From a candidate division FCPU426 bacterium (lineage in GTDB: Bacteria > Oederibacteriota > Muellerivitia > Muellerivitales > Muellerivitaceae): a DNA stretch of 64,000 nt. The position numbers were made by a program, and so were the translations under genes. Location of the stretch: NCBI GenBank assembly GCA_963847625.1, contig CAWKAR010000028.1, positions 64,001-128,000 of the forward strand. Direction: 5' to 3'. This document shows, piece after piece, positions 52,054 through 62,340 of the stretch. The notes under the pieces were generated by a model, which saw nothing but the letters and a program-made list of their open reading frames with translations, did not search any database and was not told where the DNA came from. Each line of letters opens with the position of its first letter. Positions within the stretch are counted from its first letter, which is position 1.

Positions 52054-53108
52054 CCCGAGTTCCATAAGTAAGTGCAACACTTAGTGTCTGAAGAAGGCCG
52101 CATGAATAGGATATGCGGCTATGAAAAAGAAATACAAGCATTTAAGCGTTGAAGAAAGAGATCATTTATCCGTCTTGAAAGGAAAGGGTCTTAGCCTTCG
52201 AGCCATTTCCCGCGCCTTGAAGAGGTCTCCTTCCACCCTCTCCAGGGAACTCAAGCGCAATGCTCCCCCTATCCGTTCTGGTTATTATCTTTCTCATCGA
52301 GCCCATCAACGGTATGTTGACCGCAACCAACAACGAGCACGCCGTTTACGCCTGAAAACAAAACGAATTCGTGCCTACGTCCGTCGTCAATTGAAACGAG
52401 GCTGGTCACCAGAACTCATTTCAGGTCGATTAGGTCACCTACGGCCTAAGCAAACCATTGGTCCTGAAGCTATCTATCAGTGGGTTTACGCTGAAGCCAC
52501 TGAGCTGATTCCTTGCCTAGTTCGACACCACCGGCGACGATTCTCATTTGGCCACAGCCGTAAGCACGCCAAAAACCATATCCCAGGCCGTGTTTCCATC
52601 GATAAGCGCTCCGAGATCGCCAATCAACGCAAGCAATTCGGCCATTGGGAAACCGACACCATGGTCTCTCGTCAGAGTAAAGTGGCTATGCGGGCTCTCG
52701 TCGAGCGTCAAAGCCGTTTTTCCAAGTTGGGAAAGCTCAAACGAAAGACCGCTCGCCAAATGAGTCATAGCCTCAACCGCGCTTTATGCCGCTTCCCTCA
52801 AGACGCCCGCTTGAGTCTGACCTATGACAACGGAACCGAAAACACCAACCACTTGGAAACCAACCACGTGCTTGGTACAAAATCCTTTTTCTGCGCCCCT
52901 TTCCACAGTTGGGAAAAAGGTACTGTGGAAAATACTATCGGTCTTGTCCGCCGCCATTTGCCTAAAAAGACTGATCTTGCTAAAGTGTCCTTCAAAAAAT
53001 TCAGGGCCATAGAAAGATGGCTCAATAACAGACCCAGGAAATGTTTGGGCTTTAAAACTCCGGCGGAAGTCTTCCGGCGAAGTGTTGCACTTACTCCGTG
53101 AATTCGGC
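52054..53108 (+). mobile_element. IS30-family element, copy B
   Basis: TIRs CCCGAGTTCCATAAGTAAGTGCAACAC and (reverse complement) GCCGAATTCACGGAGTAAGTGCAACAC; TTT on both flanks. Confidence 0.88.
52121..53101 (+). CDS. IS30 family transposase
   Basis: YKHLSVEER, WSPELI, GHWETDT, LTYDNGTE, WEKGTVEN, LNNRPRKCLG. Confidence 0.96.
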   Translation: MKKKYKHLSVEERDHLSVLKGKGLSLRAISRALKRSPSTLSRELKRNAPPIRSGYYLSHRAHQRYVDRNQQRARRLRLKTKRIRAYVRRQLKRGWSPELISGRLGHLRPKQTIGPEAIYQWVYAEATELIPCLVRHHRRRFSFGHSRKHAKNHIPGRVSIDKRSEIANQRKQFGHWETDTMVSRQSKVAMRALVERQSRFSKLGKLKRKTARQMSHSLNRALCRFPQDARLSLTYDNGTENTNHLETNHVLGTKSFFCAPFHSWEKGTVENTIGLVRRHLPKKTDLAKVSFKKFRAIERWLNNRPRKCLGFKTPAEVFRRSVALTP

Positions 53109-53219
53109 TTTTAATAAATAAGGTGTCTCATTCATCACTTTGTTAATTTTTCCGAGAACTTCTTATCGGATGCCAATCTTTTTTTCAGGGCAATTAAAAA
53201 TAAGAAATCGGTCCAGAAT

Positions 53220-53469
53220 TTAATCGGCCCAATAGGTAACAGGTTTATCCAAAAACTCCTTCAAACCAATTCCCTGCCCGCCCACGCTTAAGCAGTGTTT
53301 GGGTTTAAAGGCTTTTGAAAAGGCTTGTAACCCGGGCAAAACGGTTTCCCCCAAGAGCCGCCTTTCACCTCGATCGCGGTCAATTCCTTCCCTTTTTTCA
53401 ATAAAAAATCCACCTCCTGGTTTCGCTCCCGCCAATAATAAACTTCCATAGCCGTCCCCAGGCATCCAT
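53220..53469 (-). pseudogene. Frameshifted C-terminal fragment of an AAA ATPase/DUF4143 protein (copy 1)
   Basis: VYYWRERNQEVDF...AIEVK, then a frame change (2 extra nt relative to copy 2). Confidence 0.75.
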
Positions 53470-53782
53470 GGGGCGGGGTCAGTCCTGAAAATAGAAAATT
53501 CGGGACCATCTCCCATGCACAAAACCAACTCACATTATGCACCAATAGCACAAGTCCGGGTTGTTTTAAGGAACCACCAATTCCAACTTCTTCCTTGGAG
53601 TTTGCGGTGATCCGTTCTTGTCCTACAGCGTCCTTCCCTTCACCATGTTCCAGGCCGCTAGAATGGCCGAGAGGAAAAACCCGATTTTTTAAAAAAAGGT
53701 ATAATGGCCTTACTTTTTCACCCGCCCGGAGAATTCAAAAGGGCGGCTTTAAAAAAATGATTACTATTAGGGGAGGAATATA

Positions 53783-54835
53783 ATGCGCCGATTCTCTATT
53801 AACCAAATATCTAAAAAGGAAATCGGTGCCATACCGATCACTTTAAAAGCTTCATGGAAGATAGGCATGCGCCATTCGTTATTAACCCTGGGTTCCGGCT
53901 TCATCCTCCTGGTTTTACTGTTGGTATTCCCCCTGGCGTGCAGTAATAAATCCACTGTCGCCATCATTCGTTTCACGCCCCAAACACCAACGCCGACGGC
54001 CACCACCACCCCCACGGTCACCACCACCCCCGCGGTGACCATGCCCTCTTATGTCAACCAATGGTCCTTTGGCAGTGGATTCCCGATGGATATGGCCGTC
54101 AACGGGTCAACGCTTTATTTAGCCGCTTGTAGTTATGATTTCGAATTGTTCAACCTGGGCAACCTGTCCACGCCCGTCAACACCTGGAGCGGATACGGAT
54201 CCACGGTCTTTGCTTGGGTCCAGGGGGTCGCGGTGAATCCGTTAAACGGCAATGTTTATGTTTTGGATTACGGAGCCGATACGGTTTATCAATTTACCTC
54301 CGCGGGGGCGGCGGTGAACGCCTCGACCTACCCGTTTAATAACCCCTATGATATCGCGACGGATTCCAGCGGTAATTACTATGTCCCTGATATGGCCAAC
54401 GCCGCGGTATATGAATTTAACCCGAGTAACACGCTTCTCAAAACCTGGACTACCGCGGGGCCCAACGCGTTTGTATGGCCCTCGGCGGTGGCTTTTGATT
54501 CTTTGAACAACATTTACATCGCCGATGCCAGCGCCGAAAAACTTTATGAGCTGCAGGCAGGGACGAACACCTTGTTGAACACCTGGTCGTTACCTAATTA
54601 CGCCTTGTTTTATCAAATGGCGATCAACGGCAGTGGCCTCGTCTATGCCCCGGATTTCAATAACCAAATTGTGGAGGAATTTATCCCGGGGACCTCGGGC
54701 CCTGTCACCACCTGGAACGGTTCGCAGGGCGGAGGCACGGCGTTCACGGGGCCTGTGGGCATTGTCATCCTCCCGAACGGAAACATCCTGGTGTCTGATT
54801 ACTATTCCGACCTCCTGGAGGAATACTCCCCCTGA
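53783..54835 (+). CDS. NHL-repeat beta-propeller lipoprotein with short Thr/Pro linker
   Basis: Lipobox PLAC; repeats FNNPYDIATDSSGNYYV, F.WPSAVAFD..NNIYIAD. Alternative start at 53867. Confidence 0.85.
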   Translation: MRRFSINQISKKEIGAIPITLKASWKIGMRHSLLTLGSGFILLVLLLVFPLACSNKSTVAIIRFTPQTPTPTATTTPTVTTTPAVTMPSYVNQWSFGSGFPMDMAVNGSTLYLAACSYDFELFNLGNLSTPVNTWSGYGSTVFAWVQGVAVNPLNGNVYVLDYGADTVYQFTSAGAAVNASTYPFNNPYDIATDSSGNYYVPDMANAAVYEFNPSNTLLKTWTTAGPNAFVWPSAVAFDSLNNIYIADASAEKLYELQAGTNTLLNTWSLPNYALFYQMAINGSGLVYAPDFNNQIVEEFIPGTSGPVTTWNGSQGGGTAFTGPVGIVILPNGNILVSDYYSDLLEEYSP

Positions 54836-54977
54836 CCCAGGCCGCTTGGTTTCCCGTGGTTGAGCCCGATTCCCCAAAAAACGTTCCTCGGAGGTAAAAT
54901 GTCCCCACCATGGTTTTTATGGGTTTACATCAAGGGGCTGTTTTTAAAATAAAATTTAGTCTCAGTGGTGGTTGTTC

Positions 54978-56285
54978 ATGAAATTCAGGATTTTAGGGAT
55001 TCTTTTTCTTGCCACCACCGTTTCAACGGCGATCACTAGTTGCTCCAACACCAACAACCCCGCCTGTCCCATCGCGCAGGCACCGACCCAAACCGCCGCT
55101 ACCACCCTGATGCCAACGGCCACGCCCACCAATACCATGTCCCCCACCATCACCCATTCCCCTACTGTGACCAATTCCCCCACCGTGACGATGACCCCGA
55201 CCTCCACCCCCACGGACACCTCCTCGCCCACCCCCTCGATTACCCTGACGCCCACGGACAGCCCCACCGTTACAAACTCTCCCACCTTCACCAATTCCCC
55301 TACCATTACCAACACCCCCACGGAAACCCTGACGCCCACCGACAGCCCCACCGCTACAAACTCTCCTACCATCACCAATACTCCTACGGTGACCATGACC
55401 CCGACCCAAACATCAACCCCGACGGCCACAAGCGCCACCACGGAAACTTCGACCCAAACATCAACACCAACATCCACCGCCACCTTTATTCCCACACCCT
55501 CTTACGTCAATCAATGGGCCTTTACCGATTTATATCCGAGCGCGATGGCCCTTAACGGTTCAACGCTTTATGTTCCCGATGGATCTGGTGTCGACTTGTT
55601 CAACCTGAGCGATCTCTCCACAGTCACCGCCCCCTGGACCGGGTATGGGACAACAACCTTCGTCAATACCTACACGGCGGCTGTGAACCCGGTGAACGGC
55701 AACGTTTATATTTTGGATTTTGGCGCCGGTATTGTCTATCAGTTCACTTCCGCCGGGGCAACGGTGAACGCCTCCACCTATGCGTTCAGTAACCCCGAGG
55801 ACATCGCGACGGATTCCAGCGGCAATTACTATGTCGCGGATATAAATAATAACGAGGTGGAGGAATTTGACTCGAATAACACATTGCTAAACACTTGGAC
55901 TTCCGCGGGGAGTAACCCCCTTTATCTCCCGATGGCGGTGGCTTTGGACACCTCAAACAACCTTTACATCGCCGATTACGACAACGGGAACGTTTATGAA
56001 TTACAGGCGGGAACGAACACCTTGTTAAATACCTGGACGTTGCCCAGCGGCGCCATTGTTTTCCAAATGGCGGTCAACGGCAGTGGCTTGGTTTACGCCG
56101 CGGATTATCAAAACATGCTTGTGGAGGAACTCAGCCCCGGAATGACAGCCCCGGCCGTCACCTGGAACGGCTCCCAAGGCGGAGGCACGGCGTTTTCGGA
56201 ACCTGACGGGATTATCATCCTTCCGGGCGGGAATATCCTGGTGGCCGATTACCTCCTTAGCATCCTGGAGGAATATTCCCCCTGA
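54978..56285 (+). CDS. NHL-repeat beta-propeller lipoprotein with long Thr/Pro linker (paralog of the preceding gene)
   Basis: Lipobox ITSC; ~140-aa linker; propeller colinear with 53783..54835; both end LEEYSP. Confidence 0.85.
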   Translation: MKFRILGILFLATTVSTAITSCSNTNNPACPIAQAPTQTAATTLMPTATPTNTMSPTITHSPTVTNSPTVTMTPTSTPTDTSSPTPSITLTPTDSPTVTNSPTFTNSPTITNTPTETLTPTDSPTATNSPTITNTPTVTMTPTQTSTPTATSATTETSTQTSTPTSTATFIPTPSYVNQWAFTDLYPSAMALNGSTLYVPDGSGVDLFNLSDLSTVTAPWTGYGTTTFVNTYTAAVNPVNGNVYILDFGAGIVYQFTSAGATVNASTYAFSNPEDIATDSSGNYYVADINNNEVEEFDSNNTLLNTWTSAGSNPLYLPMAVALDTSNNLYIADYDNGNVYELQAGTNTLLNTWTLPSGAIVFQMAVNGSGLVYAADYQNMLVEELSPGMTAPAVTWNGSQGGGTAFSEPDGIIILPGGNILVADYLLSILEEYSP

Positions 56286-56323
56286 CCCAAATCGCAAGGA
56301 TTTAGGCGGAATCGGCCCAGAAT

Positions 56324-56590
56324 TTAATCGGCCCAATAGGAAACAGGTTTATCCAAAAATTCCTCCAAACCGATTCCCTGCCCTCCCACGCTTAAGCAGT
56401 GTTTGGGTTTAAAGGCTTTTGAAAAGGCCTGTAAACCGGGCAGGACGGTTTTTCCCAAGCCGCCTTTCACCTCGATCGCAGTCAATTCCTTCCCTTTTTT
56501 CAATATGAAGTCCACCTCCTGGTTTCTCTCCCGCCAATAATAAACTTCCATGGCCGTCCCCAGGCATCCATTGACCAAGTGGGCCCCCAA
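56324..56590 (-). pseudogene. C-terminal fragment of an AAA ATPase/DUF4143 protein (copy 2)
   Basis: GAHLVN...VYYWRERNQEVDFILKKG..LTAIEVK; no ATPase domain upstream. Confidence 0.75.
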
Positions 56591-56605
56591 GGGAGCCTTT
56601 ACAAT

Positions 56606-56636
56606 TTACTCAATGTGTTGAGTAATATTACTCAAC
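56606..56636. promoter_or_regulatory. Operator-like triple half-site TTACTCAA / TTGAGTAA / TTACTCAA
   Basis: Perfect 20-bp palindrome GTTGAGTAATATTACTCAAC at 56617-56636 plus a third half-site. Confidence 0.5.
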
Positions 56637-56699
56637 GTTTCGAGGGATTGTTAAGGTAAGGAATGTCTTTGGGATAATTTCCCTCGAATAGGGGATGCC

Positions 56700-57230
56700 C
56701 GTGCGGGCAGTGGATCCCAAAATGCGGGCAGGACCCCCGGCACCTGCGGGCAGGGATGTGGGCAGTTAAACCTCCCTTCCGGCAGGTTTACCGCCTTTCC
56801 GGCAGGTTCGCCGAAGTCCTTTCCGGCAGGTTCACCGCCTTTCCGGCAGGTTCCGACGGAAATGTGGGCGGTTTATCCTCCCCTGCTGGCAAATGCCACC
56901 AGGAATGTGGGCAGTTTATCTCCCTTGCCGGCAGATGTTACCGGGAATGTGGGCAGTTTATCCCCCTTTCCGGCAAATGCCACCAGGAATGTGGGCAGTT
57001 TATCCCCCCTGCCGACAAATGCCACCAGGAATGTGGGCAGTTTATCCGCCATGCCCGCAAATGCCACCAGGAATGTGGGCAATTTATCCCCCTTTCCGAC
57101 AGATGCCACCGGAAATGTGGGCAGTTTATCCCCCCCAATACTGGGTTATCTCCTCCAATACTGGGTTACCCAGTTCCGCATACTGGGTTCATGGCTCCGC
57201 GTACTGGGTTCATGGCCGGGACTGGGTTCG
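56700..57230 (+). repeat. Compound tandem-repeat array (21/42-bp periodicity)
   Basis: Four G(C/T)GGGCAG units, four TTCCGGCAGGTT units, seven AATGTGGGCAGTTTATC-like units at 42-bp spacing (56861-57130), five ACTGGGTT units at about 21 bp. Confidence 0.9.
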
Positions 57231-57531
57231 TGGCACAGATTTCATTTAAATCTGCGCTGGCAATCATTGCCCTCGGCTTGTAGCCTCGGGCAGCCAGCCT
57301 TGTGCACTGGGTTCCCGGCAAATGCGGGCAGGACAAGCCACTGCGGGTAGGATCCTCGCCTCATGACCATAAGAGGCCCGGCCATGTTCATAGGCCCCCG
57401 GCCTTATGACTAATAGGGGACCCGCCCATGACATTAGGCGCGTCTTTCTTCCGTTTTCTGGTTGGCTGATAAGTTTACTGATGGTTGTCTGATTGGTTGA
57501 CTTATGGTTGTCTTATAATTAAACTTGATTC

Positions 57532-58548
57532 ATGGCTTACGAACCCCTTTTTACGGTCACCCCACACCTGCTCAAACTCCTGGAGGAAATAGCGTCTTTC
57601 CGGGAGAAAATCCTGGCCGCCACGATCCAGGTCCCCTGGATACCCGTCCTGCAAAGGGACGCCCGTGTGCGCAACAGCCACAGTTCCACCGCCATCGAGG
57701 GTAACCCCCTCACCCTAGCGGAAGTCCGCTTATTGGAGGAAGGAAAGGAAATTTCTACCTCCACCGAACGCGCTTCGAGGGAAATCCTGAATTATTTCGC
57801 CGGCCTACGATACATCGAAAAACACGCCAGCAAAAAGTCCATTACACACGAGGATCTTTTCGAGCTGCATGCCATCCTGTCCACCGGCGTCATGGACCAG
57901 GGGGAAGCGGGGAAATACAGGACTTTCCAGGTTCGGGTCGGTAACCACCTGCCTCCGTCCGCCGCCCAGGTAAGCGGCCTCATGCGCGAGCTTTTGGACT
58001 GGTGGGACAAGAAAGCCCATGCTTGGCCTCCGGTGATCACCTCCGGGGTCATCCATTACCGCTTCGAAGCCATCCATCCCTTCGGCGACGGCAACGGCCG
58101 GTCCGGAAGGATGTTGGCCCTCTGGGAACTGTACCGCCGGGGCTTCGATACCTACCACATCTTTTCCGTGGACGAGGTTTTCTGGGAAAAGAGGCCCCTG
58201 TACTACCAGAACTTTGATCTTGTCCGAAGGGAAGGGGAAAACCTGACGGGCTGGCTGGAATTCACCGCCGAAGCCGTGCACCTGACCCTGGAGCGGGTAT
58301 GGGAAAGGATCCAGCGTTTAAGGGGGGAAAAGGGGGACGGAAAAATCGTCCTGAGCCCGAAACAGGAAAGGCTTCTCGGTCTGTTGCGGGACCAGCAAAG
58401 TCTGTCACCCCAGGAAATATGGAAAGCCTTGGGCATTACGCGGCAGGGCGCGATCAAACTGATGAATCCCTTGATTCAGGCTGGATTGATCAAGCGAATC
58501 GGCACCAAAAAGACGGGCAAATATATCTTTACTAATTCCGAAGGTTAA
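57532..58548 (+). CDS. Fic family protein with N-terminal inhibitory motif and C-terminal HTH
   Basis: HPFGDGNGRSGR catalytic motif, SSTAIEGN inhibitory motif, winged-helix-like tail ending KRIGTKKTGKY. Confidence 0.93.
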   Translation: MAYEPLFTVTPHLLKLLEEIASFREKILAATIQVPWIPVLQRDARVRNSHSSTAIEGNPLTLAEVRLLEEGKEISTSTERASREILNYFAGLRYIEKHASKKSITHEDLFELHAILSTGVMDQGEAGKYRTFQVRVGNHLPPSAAQVSGLMRELLDWWDKKAHAWPPVITSGVIHYRFEAIHPFGDGNGRSGRMLALWELYRRGFDTYHIFSVDEVFWEKRPLYYQNFDLVRREGENLTGWLEFTAEAVHLTLERVWERIQRLRGEKGDGKIVLSPKQERLLGLLRDQQSLSPQEIWKALGITRQGAIKLMNPLIQAGLIKRIGTKKTGKYIFTNSEG

Positions 58549-58691
58549 AAGATTTAAAAACTTAAACTAAATTCAAGTTTTGAACTAGGGATTCTAGAAC
58601 TAAACCGTTTGGCAAAAGAACGTCAGTGGAGAACGAGGACTTTGAGGATTTTTATTGTTTTGGCGCCCCCCAACCACGGACAAAAACCTGG

Positions 58692-61600
58692 TTACTTGAT
58701 GAGGATTATTTTCTTCCACCTGGTTTGATGGGGTTCGGTTAGCGCAAATATATAAACCCCGCTGGCACAGGGGTCGCCATTTTGGTTGGTTCCGTCCCAA
58801 AGATAGGAATGGGTATAGGTGGACTTGAGGTAATGGTCATCCAATGTTTTGACCAGTTCACCGGCCGAGTTGTAAATTTTCAGTGAAAAGGGGCCGGGGG
58901 GGAGGATATTGCCGGCAAATAGTGAAATAGGACCCTGCGCCGGTTGAAACAAGTTCTTGCCGACGTAAAAAACGTCAAAAGCAGGGTTAGGGGTGATGGT
59001 GGCCGTCGGAGTAAAGGTCATCGTGGGGGAGGGCGTCATCGTGTAAATCCTCAGCGACACACAACCCGTCAAGGGGCTGGACCCCGCATGGTTCATCACA
59101 GCGCAATTCACGATAGAAGCCGCCGTCGTGGAACTGTCGATACTCACAACATAGGTCAGCAGGTAGTTCCCTGGAGTCAGGACAGGAAGGGTCCAGGACA
59201 TCGTTGTCACGCCGCCCGCCACGTTCAACGAGGTGACAGTTCCCGCCGGAGAAACCCCGAACATCATGAAACTGCAGTTGGCCGGAAGAAGATCCTGCAC
59301 CACCACCCCTGCCGCGGTGTTGTTCGTCACGCTCAGGGTCAAGGTATAGGTCACTTGGTCCCCCGGCGAGCCTATCACCTCCGACTCCTGCTTTTGGAAT
59401 GCCATCGTCACCGCGAGCGTGGGAGTGCCCGTCGGGGTAATAGTCGGGGTATTGGTGATAGTGGAAGTATTGGTGACCGTCGGTGTAGGCGTTATCGTTG
59501 GAGTTTTAGTGGCCGTCGCGGTGTTGGTCGGAGTGGGGGTGAAAGTGGGGGTGGGGGTGTAGCTGGGGCATGGGATCCCCGGACAGGGACAAAATTTCAA
59601 TACCTCCCCGTCGCTCGGGACGCACAAGTACCAGGCTCCCGCTCCGATGGCGATTCCCTCGGTGTCGGTGGCGTCGAGCATCTTGGTGGAGAACCAAACC
59701 CCGGTGGAAGGGTTCAAGACCCCGATGTCGCCGTACGCGTCGGAAACGTATATATTCCCCGTGGAATCCACCTCCAGGTAATTGGCGGCCCAAAGGTCCG
59801 TGCCCTGCGTGACATCCCACTGGGTGATCGGACCGCCGTTCCAGGTGAATTCCTGGATCAACCCCGTGTAAAAATCCGCGGCATAAACGTTCCCGGACGA
59901 GTCCAAAGCCACGCCCATGGGCTCCTCCAAGGTTCCTCCCCAGCCGAACCCGGCGGAACCCCACTGGGTCTGGGGATTCCCGGCGGAATCGAATACCGCC
60001 ACCCGGCTGTTGTAGCAATCCGTGACGTAAACGCTGGTCCCGGCCGAGTTGACCGCCACACCCTGGGGGAAGTTGAAGGTCACGCCCCCGTAACCCGACC
60101 ATTGGGTGACGAAACTCCCGTTCGCGTTCAATACCTGCAACAGGTTGTTCCCGGAATCCGTGACGTAAACCCTCCCGCTGCCGTCCACCGCGATCCCGGT
60201 GGGCGTGTTGAATGTCCCGTGACCTGTCCCCGCCCCGCCCCAATGCGTGACGGCATGGCCCAGGGTGTCGTAAACATAAACCAAATTATCGTTGGCGTCG
60301 GTGACGTAAAAATTCCCCGCGCCGTCCAGCGCGACGTCCAGGGGCGAATTGACATTATAGGAAACCACGGGGCTGCAAAGAGACGGCGAGGACGGGGTCG
60401 CGGTGGGGATGGGGGCGACCGGCGTCGGAATCGCGGCCTTGAGGTCCACCAGGTCGTTGATCAGATTCTGCCCGGCCGGGCTTCCCCAGCCTGTGGCGAG
60501 GTCATAGCCTTTCACGGCCAGGAAAAACACCGTGTTGCGTCCGTCCCAGTTGTTGTTGCTTCCATCCGCGATGTCGTGGAAGTCGGCGAGGTAATTCGGG
60601 CCCAGGCCCGCGGCGTAAAGGGAGGGATTGGCGAACCCCACCGTCACGCCCGCCGTGGCCGAGGCTTGCTGATTGACGAGAGCCATGAAACCCGCCCATA
60701 ACGGGGCCGCGGCGCTCGTTCCGCCCGTAAAGGAGGACTGGCCGGCGCAATAAATGAAGATGTTGTCGGCGACCATGGAAACATCCGGGATATTCCGCCA
60801 CAGGATCGAACCGCCGTTCAAGCCCATGGGAACGGCGGCCTGGTAATTGGGGATCCCGAGTAGGCCCGCGCAAATCCCCCCCGCGCTCGACCCGAAAGCC
60901 GAGTTCCAGGACGATTCCGTGGAATAGGAAACCGCGGGGGGGGAACCCGACGCTGAAATCCACAATTGGGTACCGCCCGCGCACGTGATATAGGGACTCA
61001 TGGATCCAGGTGGGCTCATAGCCGGCCATACATCCCCTCCCCCGAACGCGCCGTAATCCCCCGATGCCAGGAAAAAAGACTGGCCCTGCGCCGCGAACTG
61101 CGCCAGCAGGTTCACGGTTGTGGAATCCCCGAACCCGCCCCAGGAACAACTGATCTCCGGGCAGAGGGGGGAGCGGCCATCGCGGCCAGGATGTCATTGG
61201 AGTAGGCGTCGAAGGTCCCCGGTGTGTCAGGCGCCTCGTAAACCTTGACCTGGGCCCCCGGCGCCATGGAAATCACCATGTCGATATCCAGGGTCACCTC
61301 GTTTTGATCGCCCTGATCGGTCGGAATCCCGTTAAAACCGTGCAACAGGACGGTCACGGGAACAGGCGCCGAGAAGGAAGGGGTGGAGGTGCTTTCGTAT
61401 AGAAGGACATCGGAAAGGGAAAATCCATTGATTTCGAACAACCCGACCGTTTGCCCCGCGCCGTTGAGGGCCGCCGGCACATCCGAAGCATAGGCATTCC
61501 GGAAGTCCATCCCCTGGTAATTCCCCAAGGGCCCCGTGCCCAGGCTTTTCCCCGGATCGGCGGCCCTTTTCGCGGCGATGTTTGGCGGATAAATGACGAG

Positions 61601-62212
61601 GTTATGCCGGGGCCGGTTGAAATTGTCCAGGCCCGACGCGTGAAGGATCGGGATGCCCGGGCCCGCCGTCGGTTCCCGGTCCGGGGCATAGAAAAGGGTT
61701 CCATCCGGCCGGAAATGGGTGACAAAGTTGACGTGAAACGCCCTTCCGACGTCCCCCACGGTTCCTTCCACGTCCACCAGCATCCGGGAAGGATAGGTTT
61801 TCACCACGCGCAGGCCGTTGGCTTGGGCGAAGTCCTGAACGGCTTTGTACTCGCTTTCGGCCGGGCCGAACTTTTCGGTGAATTCCCCGGGGGACAAGAA
61901 ATGCCGGTATTGGGGGCTCTGGGGATCGTAGAGTTTCTTTAAAACCTGCTGGAGGGCGGCGGTATTTTTCAGTGGAAGCCCAAGTGCTAATTTTAAACGC
62001 CGGGAGGAAGGCAATGTCCCCTGAACAGGCATAGAGGCCCATTCCTTTTTCAAATGGACATCCATGGGCCCTTGACCATAAGCCGGGGCTGGGCCGCTGA
62101 GCGCTGACAATAGCGGGATCACCGCAAGGGGAACCGCGATGGCGCGGCGCAAATAGGGACAAATGCTGTTTGAATTCATATTACCTTTATCCAATAAAAG
62201 AACCGGCGCCAA
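58692..62212 (-). pseudogene. Secreted S53 (sedolisin/kumamolisin) peptidase with NHL propeller, Thr/Pro linker, DUF11-like domain and subtype-B C-terminal domain, split by one frameshift
   Basis: ORF 61112..62212 has the signal, pro-domain (LYDPQSPQYRHFLS..EF..KFGP) and EVTLD. ORF 58692..61115 has ASGD, GGT, PDVS, GGTSAAAP, GYDLATGWGSP. The frames join at the G6 tract 61166-61171. Confidence 0.85.
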
Positions 62213-62340
62213 CCCATTGATAAAATCATACCCGGAAAGAAGACTTTTTAGGCGGTTTTTTCCCTGAAGGGTCGTTCTTTGAATCCGCGTTTAGAAATGT
62301 ATATTTTCGGGTTGCCGTGGTTGAAAGATTTGGGCCAAAA

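Noticed and set aside
50174..53108. Composite transposon that delivered the middle gene
   Set aside because: Each IS has its own TSD, and the gene's start codon lies outside the unit.
56861..57130. CRISPR array
   Set aside because: The period is only 42 bp, the intervening sequences resemble each other, and no cas genes are present.
56756..57283. Cys/His repeat protein resembling a multiheme cytochrome
   Set aside because: The motif is CHxxC rather than CxxCH, there is no signal peptide, and all frames are open because of the repeat.
58944..60701. 585-aa plus-strand ORF
   Set aside because: Antisense shadow of the S53-NHL gene, with no recognisable motifs.
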